Source: Coriobacteriaceae bacterium
GTDB taxonomy: Bacteria; Actinomycetota; Coriobacteriia; Coriobacteriales; UMGS124
Direction: 5' to 3'
Assembly (NCBI GenBank): GCA_019421015.1
Contig: JAHZGC010000002.1
Coordinates: 1,619 to 65,618, forward strand
Length of the DNA stretch: 64,000 bases
A program made the translations under genes and the position numbers. The notes beneath the pieces were generated by a model. It had not been told where the DNA came from and did not search any database. It was given only the letters and a program-made list of their open reading frames with translations. Numbering within the stretch: the stretch's first letter is position 1; each line of letters starts with the position of its first letter. Shown in pieces: positions 7,878 through 17,612 of the stretch.

Positions 7878-9569
7878 CTACCCCTGCTCGTCCATAAGCG
7901 TCAAGAACGCCTGCTTGCCGTTCACGCCGGCGCGGGCGTAGGCGCGGGCGTAGGCGCGGGCGAGCCCCGACTTCACGGTCTCGCGCGAGATGCTCAGGCG
8001 GTCGGCGATGTTGTCGATGGTGTAGCCGTGGATGGCCGTGAAGAGGATCTCGCGCTCGCGTTGGGTGAGGCCGTGGGCGTTGCAGGCCAGCTCGAAGCGG
8101 CGGCAGAAGTCCGCCTCTTGTTGGGCGAAGGGTGGGACAGCGGAGGAGTTTCCGGAGACGTCGGGGCACCCGGGAATGTCGACCTGCGACACGGCCGCGC
8201 GTACCCTGGGCTGAGGTCGCGCCCCTCCCGCCGAGGGTTTCTCCGCTGCGGCGCCCTGCGCTAACCCGCTCCGGGCCAAGCGGTCGGCCACCGACCCGCC
8301 CCGCGCCCACATCAGGAAGAAGTCCGCCGTGCCTGCGGTGGCGATTGCGCCCAGGGCCACCACGACCGTGTGGTCCACCACGGCCGCCGTGCTGTTGGCC
8401 GGCGAGCTGCCCAGCACGGCAAGGCCGACGATGCGGGTGAGCTGGTTCGAGAGCATCACGGCGCTGGCCAGGCAGAACAGCTGGCCGGCCTGGGCGGGCC
8501 GGGCGGTCGCCACCTCGTAGGCCCACAGCAAGATAACGGTCTGCAGCACGTTGTAGCCGGTTTCGAGCAGGAGCTCGCCCAGATGGCCGGCGTCGGTGCC
8601 CCACCCCAGGGCGGTCGTGACCAGGGCGACGCACCAGATCAGGGCAAGCGTAGCCGCCGAGGGCACGGGACGCGGGCTGCTGGCGACAAAGACGCAGTAC
8701 AGCACCACGAGCACGCGGGTCGTGAACGAGAGGATGTCGCCGGCAGCCCCGAAGCGCGCCCCCTCGCCGGTGGCGCCGTAGCCGGTGGCCTGCACCACGA
8801 ACCCCTGCACCAGCATAAGGGCCAGCGCCACGACCGTGGCGGCGGCCCAGGGGACGAGCGAGGGGGCGGGTGGGCAACCCTGGGTCGCGTTGGCGGAGAG
8901 GGGCCCGTTGCCGAGGGTCGCTGCTGGGCCCTGCGGCTCCGAGGGTGTCTCGGCGGCTCCGCACCCAGGTGCCGGTGCCTCGCGGGTCTGGGAATCTCGC
9001 AAACACAGGGCGCACAGGGTGAGCACGGCCAGGTCGGCGACTACCCATTGGGCGAGGCCTACGCCGGCGCCCAGGTTCGAGAAGACCAGGCTGTAGGCGG
9101 TGGCGACCAAAAACCCGAAGGCTATCGCCAGCCGGGCTCGCGTGCGGTCCAGACGCAGCGTGGCGTTCAACAGGCAGGGGAGTGCCACCGTGATGAAGAT
9201 GCCGTCGATCACGCAGGCGGCAAAGCCGAGAGCCGCCAGGTCCTGCGGGGCCGCGGCGAACCGTGCGAATAGCAGGCAGCCGATGTGGCCGGCAACGGCG
9301 GCCGCGGCAATGGGCAGGAGCACGGGGTTTCCCACGGGGCGCCGTGCCAGCGCACAACCCCAAAGGACCAGCAGGATTGTGGCCACGGCTCGGCCGCCCG
9401 GAAGATACACGGGGCCGCCGAAGACGTCTTGGGCGCGCGAGGCCCAGATCGACCCCAGCAAAAGGCCGATGCCGGCTGCCACAATCGCGGCAAGGGCCGT
9501 GGCGCTTGGGGGGCGTTTAGCCAAGGCCGGCTGCCACCCGACGTTGCTGTGCGTGGATGAGTTGTCCAT
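7878..9569 (-). CDS. Membrane-anchored LuxR-family transcriptional regulator
   Basis: The first ~450 aa are multiple hydrophobic helices. The C-terminal LuxR HTH reads REREILFTAIHGYTIDNIADRLSISRETVKSGLARAY. Confidence 0.8.
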   Translation of the reverse strand: MDNSSTHSNVGWQPALAKRPPSATALAAIVAAGIGLLLGSIWASRAQDVFGGPVYLPGGRAVATILLVLWGCALARRPVGNPVLLPIAAAAVAGHIGCLLFARFAAAPQDLAALGFAACVIDGIFITVALPCLLNATLRLDRTRARLAIAFGFLVATAYSLVFSNLGAGVGLAQWVVADLAVLTLCALCLRDSQTREAPAPGCGAAETPSEPQGPAATLGNGPLSANATQGCPPAPSLVPWAAATVVALALMLVQGFVVQATGYGATGEGARFGAAGDILSFTTRVLVVLYCVFVASSPRPVPSAATLALIWCVALVTTALGWGTDAGHLGELLLETGYNVLQTVILLWAYEVATARPAQAGQLFCLASAVMLSNQLTRIVGLAVLGSSPANSTAAVVDHTVVVALGAIATAGTADFFLMWARGGSVADRLARSGLAQGAAAEKPSAGGARPQPRVRAAVSQVDIPGCPDVSGNSSAVPPFAQQEADFCRRFELACNAHGLTQREREILFTAIHGYTIDNIADRLSISRETVKSGLARAYARAYARAGVNGKQAFLTLMDEQG

Positions 9570-9778
9570 AGCCCGTGCGCCCCCTCAAAGCAGCGGCCTG
9601 CTTTACGGGATGAGTCTACCGTTGGGTCGTGTCCGTCGCAAGCGGCCTGCTGGTCCTTGCCGGGTGTGCGTGGGTGCTCGCGGGGGTGCTGGGTGCTCGC
9701 GGGGGTGCTGGGTGCGGGCCGCTTCATGCCGGTGCCCGAAACGGCAGATGCGCCTAAGTTTTCGGCGAGCCCCGAATC

Positions 9779-9993
9779 GGCAGATAGCGCCGCGCTTTGG
9801 GGGTTCTGGATAGGCTCGCAGGTTGCCTGGGTGTCCCTGTTGAAGCGTGGTGTCTCCGGAGTTCTCTGCGCACCTGGTAAAACCACAGTTCAGGAGGTTG
9901 TTGGCAGCGAGGGTTTTCCGCTGCGGGCGAACGGGGTGCATCAGGGCCCCTTGCGGGCCTATCCAGAACCTCCTTTATGCGGAAACATCTCGG
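9779..9993. repeat. ~215-bp TIR element, copy 2
   Basis: GGCAGATAGCGCCGCGCTTTGGGGGTTCTGGATAGG (9779-9814) and CCTATCCAGAACCTCCTTTATGCGGAAACATCTCGG (9958-9993). Internal AAAACCACAGTTCAGGAGG block. Confidence 0.8.
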
Positions 9994-10136
9994 TCGAGAG
10001 TTGCTATCAAAATTAAAAAACCGTACATTGCCGCAGTCCCGTACATCCCGTAAATCCGTGGAACCCGCCGAACATCGCTGCTGTTTGGCGGGTTCCATGA
10101 GGCGTATATGCTTGCGGGTCTTGCAGTTCTCTCGTG

Positions 10137-10535
10137 CTATGCGCAGAGGCTCACGAGCGTGCCGTCGTCCACGGGTTTCTCGCTGAGCACCCTGATCGAC
10201 TCGATGTAGAGCTCGTCGCCCGAGAACACGCGGTACTTCTTGTAGGCACCGCAGCGCGGGCACGACCAGGTGTCGGGGTCGCGCACGTCGATGGGAAAGA
10301 TGTCGCCGCACTCGTGGCACCGAACGTTGAGCGGCACGCGGCGAACAGTGACCTCGGCCTCGGCCGCGATCGTGCCGCGCGCCAGGTAGCGGAACAGGTC
10401 GGGCACGTAGGCGTCGATCATGTCGTGGAGCTGTCCCACCACGAGGTCGATACCCTCCACCTTGGTTATGCCCTTACCCGCGCACTCTTCGAGGACGATG
10501 TTCACGATGCTTCTGACCAGCGACATCTCGTGCAT
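10137..10535 (-). CDS. hypA: HypA-like nickel metallochaperone (zinc-finger)
   Basis: Start set at ATG 10535 (GGGAGA SD). N-terminal MHEMSL (the MHE Ni-binding motif). CHECG...CPRCG double CxxC zinc site. ~132 aa. Confidence 0.75.
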   Translation of the reverse strand: MHEMSLVRSIVNIVLEECAGKGITKVEGIDLVVGQLHDMIDAYVPDLFRYLARGTIAAEAEVTVRRVPLNVRCHECGDIFPIDVRDPDTWSCPRCGAYKKYRVFSGDELYIESIRVLSEKPVDDGTLVSLCA

Positions 10536-10549
10536 GGTGTTCTCCCTGT

Positions 10550-12028
10550 TTACCAGATCAGGCCGGCCTCGAAGCGGCGGGCGCACAGCATGTTGTTCAT
10601 GTCAAAGATGTCCTGCGGCAGCGGGGGGAAGGAGTCCTCGGGCAGGGGCTCCAGGATGCGCGTGCTCACCGGGCAGACGATGGTGCACTGGCCGCAGGCA
10701 AAGCACAGCTCTCCCACCTGCGGGGTACCGTCGGGGCCGTCCATGGTGATGCACTGCATGGGACAGCGATCGGCGCAGGCGCCGCACTTGAGGCACTGGT
10801 CGAGGTCGGCCGTGATCTTGTAGTGGCGGTTGACCTGCCAGGTGTTGGAGTCGGCGAGGATGCCCTCGTCGTGTAGGGCCTTGAACGAGGCGATCTCGTT
10901 GCAGCAGTCGCCGTGGCAGGCGCAGATGGTCTCGGCCTCCTTGGAGAGGATGTGCTGCAGGATGAACCCGTCCTCCACGTGGCGGTCGATCATCGCGAGG
11001 GCCTCTTCGCGCGAGATCTCGCGGCCCACGCCGTGGTCGATCCAGAACTGGGCCTCCTCGCCGCAGGAGAGGCAGGTCTCGTAGCGGTGGCCGCAGGGCT
11101 CGGTGTAGGCTTCGCTCAGGTCGTACTCGCCAAAGCCGTAGTTGGGGTCGCCGTTCACGAGTTCGAGCTTGCCCAGGTTGCTGTTGAGGAAGCGGCAGGA
11201 GCAGGGCGAGAGAGAGAACTTGTTCTTGGTGGCCCAGATGGCGCGGAGGTCGTCGTAGGGGTAGATGGCGCCGTCTTTGACCGACTCGCGGCTCACGGGG
11301 GCGGGGCCAAAGAAGTGCGCGCCGCTCTTGTCGTAGGCAACGTGGTTGATGTCACCGCTCATGAGCAGGAAGTCGAAGTAGTTGTCCATGCTGCGGGCAA
11401 AGTCGACGTCGTGGTACTCATAGATGCCCTGGACAAACGACACCTGAGCGTACAGGGTGCCGCGGTCATTGTTGATGACGTTGAGCCAGGCGCGGGAGGC
11501 CAGCGACTCGCAAACGCGCTCGCACTGCTCGAGGTCGCGGCCCGACTCGGCGGCGAACTCGTAGGCGGTGAAGTGACGGCCCATGGGCATGTCGAGGAAG
11601 CACTCGGCCTCCTCCTCGGACATGTCTTTATAGGCAAAGGTGTAACTCATATCGCTCTCGTCGTTGCCCAGGCCGTAGCTGTAGAGGCCAACGAGACGGG
11701 TGACCTTCTTAAAGACCACGGGGATCACGGTGCCGTCGGAGCACACGTAATCCTCGGTCATGGAGTCGAGGTACAGCTTGCGCCGGTAGTTGAGCTCCTC
11801 GAGCGGCATGGTGCAGCCGCCCACGGCCTTGATGGCCTCGGGGGTGCCGTTCCAGTCGCCGAGGTGCGAACCGGGGCCGCTCCACGGCAGCCCGGCGCCG
11901 CGCGGGTCGATGCCCGACTCGTCCAGGCCCGCGAACGCCTGGCTGGCACCAAGGCCGACGCCCATCGCGCCCATGCCGGCGGCCATGGCGGCCGCGCCCA
12001 TGAAGTTCCTCCTGCTTAGTTCGATCAT
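10550..12028 (-). CDS. Tat-exported 4Fe-4S dicluster protein (paralog 2)
   Basis: Start set at ATG 12028 (GGAGAAGG SD). Tat signal SRRNFMG. SPCSCR, CGHRYETCLSCG and CACHGDCC cysteine clusters. CLKCGACADRCP and CFACGQCTIVCP motifs. Confidence 0.8.
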   Translation of the reverse strand: MIELSRRNFMGAAAMAAGMGAMGVGLGASQAFAGLDESGIDPRGAGLPWSGPGSHLGDWNGTPEAIKAVGGCTMPLEELNYRRKLYLDSMTEDYVCSDGTVIPVVFKKVTRLVGLYSYGLGNDESDMSYTFAYKDMSEEEAECFLDMPMGRHFTAYEFAAESGRDLEQCERVCESLASRAWLNVINNDRGTLYAQVSFVQGIYEYHDVDFARSMDNYFDFLLMSGDINHVAYDKSGAHFFGPAPVSRESVKDGAIYPYDDLRAIWATKNKFSLSPCSCRFLNSNLGKLELVNGDPNYGFGEYDLSEAYTEPCGHRYETCLSCGEEAQFWIDHGVGREISREEALAMIDRHVEDGFILQHILSKEAETICACHGDCCNEIASFKALHDEGILADSNTWQVNRHYKITADLDQCLKCGACADRCPMQCITMDGPDGTPQVGELCFACGQCTIVCPVSTRILEPLPEDSFPPLPQDIFDMNNMLCARRFEAGLIW

Positions 12029-12301
12029 AGCGTGTGCACCTTCTCCCCTGGTTCTGTAAAAGGCATTGCCCACCGGGACCGCTCCCGTGTATGGGGCGCC
12101 CGGTGCTGAGGTCATGCTACGGGCGGGGGAGGGGGCCTCTCAACAAAATGCACCCTATCGAAACGGGGCATCCAAAAGAGCGAAGTACCGTTCGGGTTTT
12201 CCGAATTCCCCGGCGCGCGTCGGAGGCACCGGCCTTGAACGGGCGGTCGGGCGGCTGGTACTATCGGCATTGGTTTTGTCGGGATTGGAGAGGGGGAGCG
12301 C

Positions 12302-13255
12302 ATGAGAATCGAGCTGCTGGAGGAGTTCATCGAGCTTTCCTGCGACCTCGACTTCAAGGCAACGGCCGCGCGGCTCAACCTCTCTCCGTCGTCGTTTTCG
12401 GAGCACATGGACAAGCTGGAGCGCGAGGTAGGCTTTGCGCTGGTCACGCGATGGCCGAACCGCGCCCTCACCCCGCAGGGCAGCCGGTTCCTCAAGTACG
12501 CCCACAAGATCACGAGGCTGTATGCCGAGGCGCTGCAGAGCTGCGCCAACCCCAGAAGCGTTGCCCGGCAGCGCATCCGGGTGTCGTGCACGGGCATGTC
12601 GCCGCGCGTGCACGACTGCTTCTTTGCCCTGTTGGCCGAGTACGGCAACGAGCGTCCCGAGGTCGAGTTCGCGTGCGGGGAGTACACCAAAAAGGGCGGC
12701 AACGTGCAGGCGCTGGCCCGCGGGGCGGTCGACATAGCGTTTGTGGTGCGAAAGCCCGACGTCTCGCTGGTCGACTTGGAGCGTAGGGGCGTGGTGTGCT
12801 CGGTGTTCTGCCGGGAGGAGGCCGGCGTGTGGCTCCTCAAGTCGAACCCCCTGGTCCAGAAAAAGGGCCTGCGCATGGACGACTTCGATCTGTGCAGCTT
12901 TCCGCTCATGAGCGACAGCACCTACGACGACTTTAAGGCGAGCGTCGAGACGAGCTTCTCCGAGGCGGGCGCCACGCCGATCATCACGCCCTACTACACG
13001 AGCTCGTTCGAGGAGTACCTCTCCAACGCGTTTGGTGAGGACGAGATGTTCACGGCGACGCGGTCGTTCTTTGAGGACATTCCCGCCTTTGGCCTGCACC
13101 CGGAGCGCACCGTGGTCTATTACGACCCGCCGGTCTTCTCGCCGTTTTACCTGGGCCGGCGCATCGACGAGAGCTCGCAGGCTGTGCTCGACCTGTATAA
13201 CTGGCTGTTGGAGCAGGCCAACGAGATTGACGTCACGGGGCTGGTGGGGGCGTAG
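12302..13255 (+). CDS. LysR-family transcriptional regulator
   Basis: N-terminal LysR HTH (LEEFIELSCDLDFKATAARLNLSPSSFSEHMDKLEREVG). ~300 aa substrate-binding-type body. Divergent from 10550-12028. Confidence 0.85.
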   Translation: MRIELLEEFIELSCDLDFKATAARLNLSPSSFSEHMDKLEREVGFALVTRWPNRALTPQGSRFLKYAHKITRLYAEALQSCANPRSVARQRIRVSCTGMSPRVHDCFFALLAEYGNERPEVEFACGEYTKKGGNVQALARGAVDIAFVVRKPDVSLVDLERRGVVCSVFCREEAGVWLLKSNPLVQKKGLRMDDFDLCSFPLMSDSTYDDFKASVETSFSEAGATPIITPYYTSSFEEYLSNAFGEDEMFTATRSFFEDIPAFGLHPERTVVYYDPPVFSPFYLGRRIDESSQAVLDLYNWLLEQANEIDVTGLVGA

Positions 13256-13396
13256 GGCGGCCGTGGGGCTCGATGGCTTGGGGTGCGGCGAACCATAATG
13301 AAGCATTACCGAAGCAATAGTGGGCCTCTCTGCCTGTCCTGGGGCATCGGAGTCCGGCCACCCGCGACAACTTGCACTCACGTCCGACGCCAAACC

Positions 13397-13611
13397 GGCA
13401 GATAGCGCCGCGCTGTGGGGGTTCTGGATAGGCGGTCCGGGGCCGAGGGAGCCCTTCTGCTCCCAAGGTCTTCTCCGCCGCAAAGGGGCACCCAATAAAC
13501 CCGCAGGTCAGAAGGGTGTTGGCTGCGAGATTTTCTCCCCTGCGCGCACATGGGGTACATCGGACCCCTCGCGAGCCTATCCAGAACCCTCATTCTGCGG
13601 AAGCATCTCTG
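13397..13611. repeat. ~215-bp TIR element, copy 3
   Basis: GGCAGATAGCGCCGCGCTGTGGGGGTTCTGGATAGG (13397-13432) and CCTATCCAGAACCCTCATTCTGCGGAAGCATCTCTG (13576-13611). Confidence 0.8.
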
Positions 13612-13644
13612 TTTCGGGGCCCCCTCGCCTGCACCGCCTCCCTC

Positions 13645-14727
13645 TTATGCTGCCTCGGCTTCCGGAGCCGCCTCCGGGACTGTTAGCAGGCTCGCCATCG
13701 CCGGGGCGTCCGCTATCGATCCCCGGTCCTTCTCCACCTGGCCCTTCTGCCCTTCGTCGGGCAGGATCCGCGTCGCGATCTTTGCCATCACTCCGATAAA
13801 GGGCAGCCACAGCAACGTCATGATCACGTTGAACAGCGTGTGGGCGTTGGCGATCTGCCGCGCGACGACCTCGACCTCGGGGCCTGCGGGCGAGACGGCC
13901 TGTACCAGCGCGGCAAACGGCACCACGAGCCAGATGAAGATCAGGCAGCCCGAGAGGTTAAAGAGGCAGTGCGAGGCGGCCACCCGCTTGGCGGGGCGCG
14001 CCAGGGCGAGCGACGCGAGGACGGCGGTGATCGTGGTGCCCAGGTTGTCGCCCAAAAGGATTGGGATCGCGCCCTCCAGGCCCAGGATGCTCGAGGTGCC
14101 GTCGGCGGCGGGCTGGCTCGCGAAGTTCTGGAGCACCGCGATGGTGGCGCTCGAGCTCTGGACCACCACGGTCATGAGGGTGCCCACCGCCACGCCGAGC
14201 ACGGGGATGTGGGCCACCTGCTCGATGAGCGAGAGGAACACTTCGCTTTGGGCCAGCGGCTTCATAGCGCCGCCCATGGTGTCGATGCCCAGGAACAGCA
14301 GGCCAAAGCCAAAGACGGAGCGCCCGATCTCCTTGGTGCGCGCCGAGCGCCCCAGGGTCATGGCCACAAAGCCGACAAACACAAAGAGCAGCACGTAGTC
14401 CGAGAGCTTGAAGGCGATGATCTGGGCCGTGATGGTGGTGCCGATGTTCGCGCCCAGGATGATCGAGATGGCCTGGGGCAGCCCCATGAGGCCCGACGCC
14501 ACAAAGCTGATGGCCATCACGGTCGTGGCGCTCGAGCTTTGCAGCACCGCCGTTGCCAGCGCGCCGGCCAGCACGCCGAGCACGGGGTTGCGGGTCACGG
14601 CCGAAAGGATCGACTTCATGCGGTCGCCGGCCACGCTTTGCAGGCTGTCGGTCATAAGGTTCATGCCGTACAAGAAGAGCGCGAGGCCTCCCAAGAGGCC
14701 GAGCAGGGTGGGAATCGCCGTAGGCAC
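13645..14727 (-). CDS. Na/Pi cotransporter family (NptA-like) membrane protein
   Basis: LFLYGMNLMTDSLQ...LQSSSATTVM...ANIGTTIT repeats typical of Na/Pi-cotransporter II-related proteins. Start set at GTG 14727 after AAGGAG; the ORF-track start 14880 adds an implausible Arg/Pro-rich leader. Confidence 0.75.
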   Translation of the reverse strand: MPTAIPTLLGLLGGLALFLYGMNLMTDSLQSVAGDRMKSILSAVTRNPVLGVLAGALATAVLQSSSATTVMAISFVASGLMGLPQAISIILGANIGTTITAQIIAFKLSDYVLLFVFVGFVAMTLGRSARTKEIGRSVFGFGLLFLGIDTMGGAMKPLAQSEVFLSLIEQVAHIPVLGVAVGTLMTVVVQSSSATIAVLQNFASQPAADGTSSILGLEGAIPILLGDNLGTTITAVLASLALARPAKRVAASHCLFNLSGCLIFIWLVVPFAALVQAVSPAGPEVEVVARQIANAHTLFNVIMTLLWLPFIGVMAKIATRILPDEGQKGQVEKDRGSIADAPAMASLLTVPEAAPEAEAA

Positions 14728-14951
14728 GGTGCTCCTTGCAGGTCGGGGTGGTCGTCCGCGGCGTTCGCAGGAGAGAAGACCGTGGGGGAGAAGCCCTGTG
14801 ATTCGGCCGAGAAGCTCTCGCGACGCGCCGGCGGATGCTTGCCGGGACCAGCATACGGGGGGCGGGCAAAGGATTGGCAAGGGCGGTGTAAAGGCTGCGT
14901 AAAGTCGGGGGAGGGGGTGCGCGGCTGGGGGTCGGGGCTAACGGTTTCGGG

Positions 14952-15245
14952 TGGCGCCAAAGGCGGGTTCGGTAAGGGTTAGCGGATTTGGGTGGCACCG
15001 GACCCGAATTGTGTAAGGGTCAAGTCCGAAGGCTGGCGCCAAGCTCGAGTTTTGTAAGGGGAAGGGCTGGGTGCTGGCACCAAAAGCGAGTTCTGTAAGC
15101 GCGCAATCCGACTTTCCGGACGAGAGGCCCTCGAATTACTTACACAGCGCCGATTTGGTGCCATTCTCACCCACTGATTCTTACAAAACTCTAGTTCGGT
15201 GCCACCATCCCGTTGGCAAGTTTACAGAACTCGCATTCGGTGCCG
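14952..15245. repeat. Phased motif array, family 1, locus A (4 direct + 3 inverted units)
   Basis: TGGC[A/G]CC-N11-12-TGTAAG units start at 14952, 14993, 15034 and 15075. Inverted units start at 15139, 15180 and 15221. Phasing is 41 bp with a 64-bp central step. Confidence 0.9.
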
Positions 15246-15692
15246 GACTCTCTGCGAATGTGCTTGCGAGACGGAGGCGCTACGGCGTTCGGACGGTCGG
15301 AGTTCGCTCGAAAAGGCCCTTTTCTGGCCGCGTCGCCGGGTCGTGCGGGACGTCGCAGTTCCTTGAAGGCACGCCTGTTAAGGTTTCTCAACTATCAAAT
15401 TGCTAAAACCGCAGGTATCGTCGGTGAACCTCCCGGGTGACACCTTGCTTTCGCCGTACATCGATGCGCGGCGCCGCCCGGCTATCCCGCACGACCGCCC
15501 CATGCGGCCACCGAAGGGGCTCAAACCAGAAAAGAAGAAGCAATTCATTTGTAAAATGATATATGCAGCGCTGGCGCGGGCGTCGCAGAGCCACAAACGG
15601 CCGGCTGCCCCGACTTTCGGACAACCGGCCGCCACGTCTTTCGCTTGCGCGTTCGTCCACCTGCGCGCTTGCCTTTATCTGCGCGTCTCGCC

Positions 15693-17612
15693 TTACTTGG
15701 TGTAGCTCACCGGCGTGCCGTCCACCGTGCCCTCGAGGCTCTCGAGCACGTAGTTGTAGACGATCGGGATCTCGTGGGTCGCGGCGATCTCGGCGCCCTC
15801 GGACTCGGTCACGTTCACGACCATCTCCATGGCGTCGATCTTCTGGCCGGTCAGGGCCTCGATCGAGGCAAAGAAGGCATCGTGGGCGCCGTCGCCCTTG
15901 CTCACCGTGCAGGGCGAGTCGGCCGCAGTGATGCCCAGGTCGGCGATGTTGAGCTGGTTGACGATGGTCTTGACCGCGGTGTTGGGGTTGGTGATCGAAG
16001 GCGCCGGGACCTCGGTGGTGCCCACCAGCTCGTGGGCGCAGTTGGCGGCGGTGCGGGCCGAGTTCACGCCGTGGCAGCTCATGGAGCCGTTGATGTCGAG
16101 GCCGTACACGTGGTTGTAGAGCATGCCGCCGTCAGCGCCGATGGCAAAGAGGTTCTCGAAGGCCTGGTCGCGGCCGGGCTTCTTCACGTGGAAGGTGCGG
16201 TCGGTCTTGACGCCGCCCGAGTACAGGCCCTCGAGCGCCCCGCGGATCAGGCCACAGTAGAACGGTGCGGTCTCGATGGGCATGAGGTACTGCGGGTCCT
16301 TGCCGTAGTCGCCGTCGATGCCGTTGGCCACGTGCTCGTTGTAGGTCGCGACCTGGGCCAGGAACAGCTCCTTGTCGACGCCCATGATGTCGGCGAGCTC
16401 CTCGAGGGTGTTGGCGGTGTAGGCGTCGTCGCCCTCGGCCACCATCTCGTCCCACAGGGTGCGGGCCTCCTCGTCGCCGTCGATCATGGCCTCGAGGATG
16501 TTGGCGTCGTACACGGCCCAGCAGGTGCCTCCGGCCAGACGCACGGGCACGTTCTGCAGCTCGAAGTTGTGGGTATAGGTCGAGACGGCCTCGTCGCTGA
16601 AGCGCTCGCCGTTGATGTCGACCCACAGGCTCGGGCCGCCCCAGCACAGCTTGTCCCAGATGGGGCCCCAGGGGCCGGCCGACCCGATGATGTTGGTGCA
16701 GCCAAAGGCCGGGGCGCCGTGGTCGATGCCGCCTGCCTCGATGATCATGTTCACACCGTCGCCGTAGTGGCCCGGGGTGCCGATGATGCGGATGTCCTCG
16801 ATGTCCATGCCCAGGCGCGCCCAGTGCTCGGCGTCCTCGCCAAAGCCGCCGGTGCCCACGATGATGGCGCGGGCGTTGATCTTGACCACGTCGCCGTAGG
16901 TGTCGGTGGCGTAGGCACCGGTCACGTTGCCGTCGGCGTCCTGGGCCAGGCTGCGCACGCGGGTGCCCATGCGCAGGTTCACGCCGTGGTCGGCCATCTG
17001 CTTCTTCATGGCCGGGAAGAAGCCCTGACCGGCGGCGCCGTTGGCGTACACGTAGTCAAAGCTGTACTCGGCACGGTAGCGGCCGGCCTTGTACATCTCG
17101 AGGTAGGCCGGGTCGAGCTCCTCGGTGGGGGTGTACTGCACGCCGTTGTCGATGAGCCACTGCACGTTGTCGGCCGCGTGGCTCACCATGTCGCGGATGA
17201 ACATCTGGTTCACGGTGTAGGCCTGCGACTTGGCCTCGAAGGCCACCATCTCGCCCAGGGTGACGTCGGCCGAGTTGGGGTGCAGGCCAAAGGCGTTGGT
17301 GCACTCGATGCCCAGGCCGTTGCCGCCCAAGAAGGTCTGGCCCTCTGCCAGGATGACCTTGTCGCCGTTCTGGGCCGCCTGCACCGCGGCGCAGGTGCCC
17401 GAGAAGCCGCCGCCCACCACGAGCACGTCGCAGGAGAGCTCCTCGGTGACCTTGCTCTCCCAGTCGTCCCCGGCGCGGGTGGCCACCTCGTACATCACGT
17501 CGTCGGCTGCGGCGTCGGCAAAGGCAAAGGCCGTGGGCACGGTGGCCAGAACGGCCGCGGCGCCGGCGCTCAGGATAAAGTTCTTACGGGTCAGAGCGGT
17601 AGAAGCTGCCAT
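15693..17612 (-). CDS. Exported FAD-dependent reductase (fumarate-reductase-like flavoprotein)
   Basis: Tat-like signal TRKNFILSAGAAAVLATVPTAFAFA. Dinucleotide fold DVLVVGGGFSGTCAAVQAAQNG. Conserved C-terminal FAD segment. Confidence 0.85.
   Translation of the reverse strand: MAASTALTRKNFILSAGAAAVLATVPTAFAFADAAADDVMYEVATRAGDDWESKVTEELSCDVLVVGGGFSGTCAAVQAAQNGDKVILAEGQTFLGGNGLGIECTNAFGLHPNSADVTLGEMVAFEAKSQAYTVNQMFIRDMVSHAADNVQWLIDNGVQYTPTEELDPAYLEMYKAGRYRAEYSFDYVYANGAAGQGFFPAMKKQMADHGVNLRMGTRVRSLAQDADGNVTGAYATDTYGDVVKINARAIIVGTGGFGEDAEHWARLGMDIEDIRIIGTPGHYGDGVNMIIEAGGIDHGAPAFGCTNIIGSAGPWGPIWDKLCWGGPSLWVDINGERFSDEAVSTYTHNFELQNVPVRLAGGTCWAVYDANILEAMIDGDEEARTLWDEMVAEGDDAYTANTLEELADIMGVDKELFLAQVATYNEHVANGIDGDYGKDPQYLMPIETAPFYCGLIRGALEGLYSGGVKTDRTFHVKKPGRDQAFENLFAIGADGGMLYNHVYGLDINGSMSCHGVNSARTAANCAHELVGTTEVPAPSITNPNTAVKTIVNQLNIADLGITAADSPCTVSKGDGAHDAFFASIEALTGQKIDAMEMVVNVTESEGAEIAATHEIPIVYNYVLESLEGTVDGTPVSYTK

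Noticed and set aside
14952-15245. CRISPR interpretation of the phased motif arrays.
   Set aside because: The units are degenerate (not near-identical), the 'spacers' are only 14-16 bp, each array flips orientation in the middle, and no cas genes or leader are present.
14952-15245. Sigma-54 promoter reading of TGGCAC in the family-1 units.
   Set aside because: The -12 element (TTGC at the fixed N5 spacing) is absent. The units occur 5-7 times per locus on both strands, including between convergent 3' ends. RpoN is not expected in this lineage.
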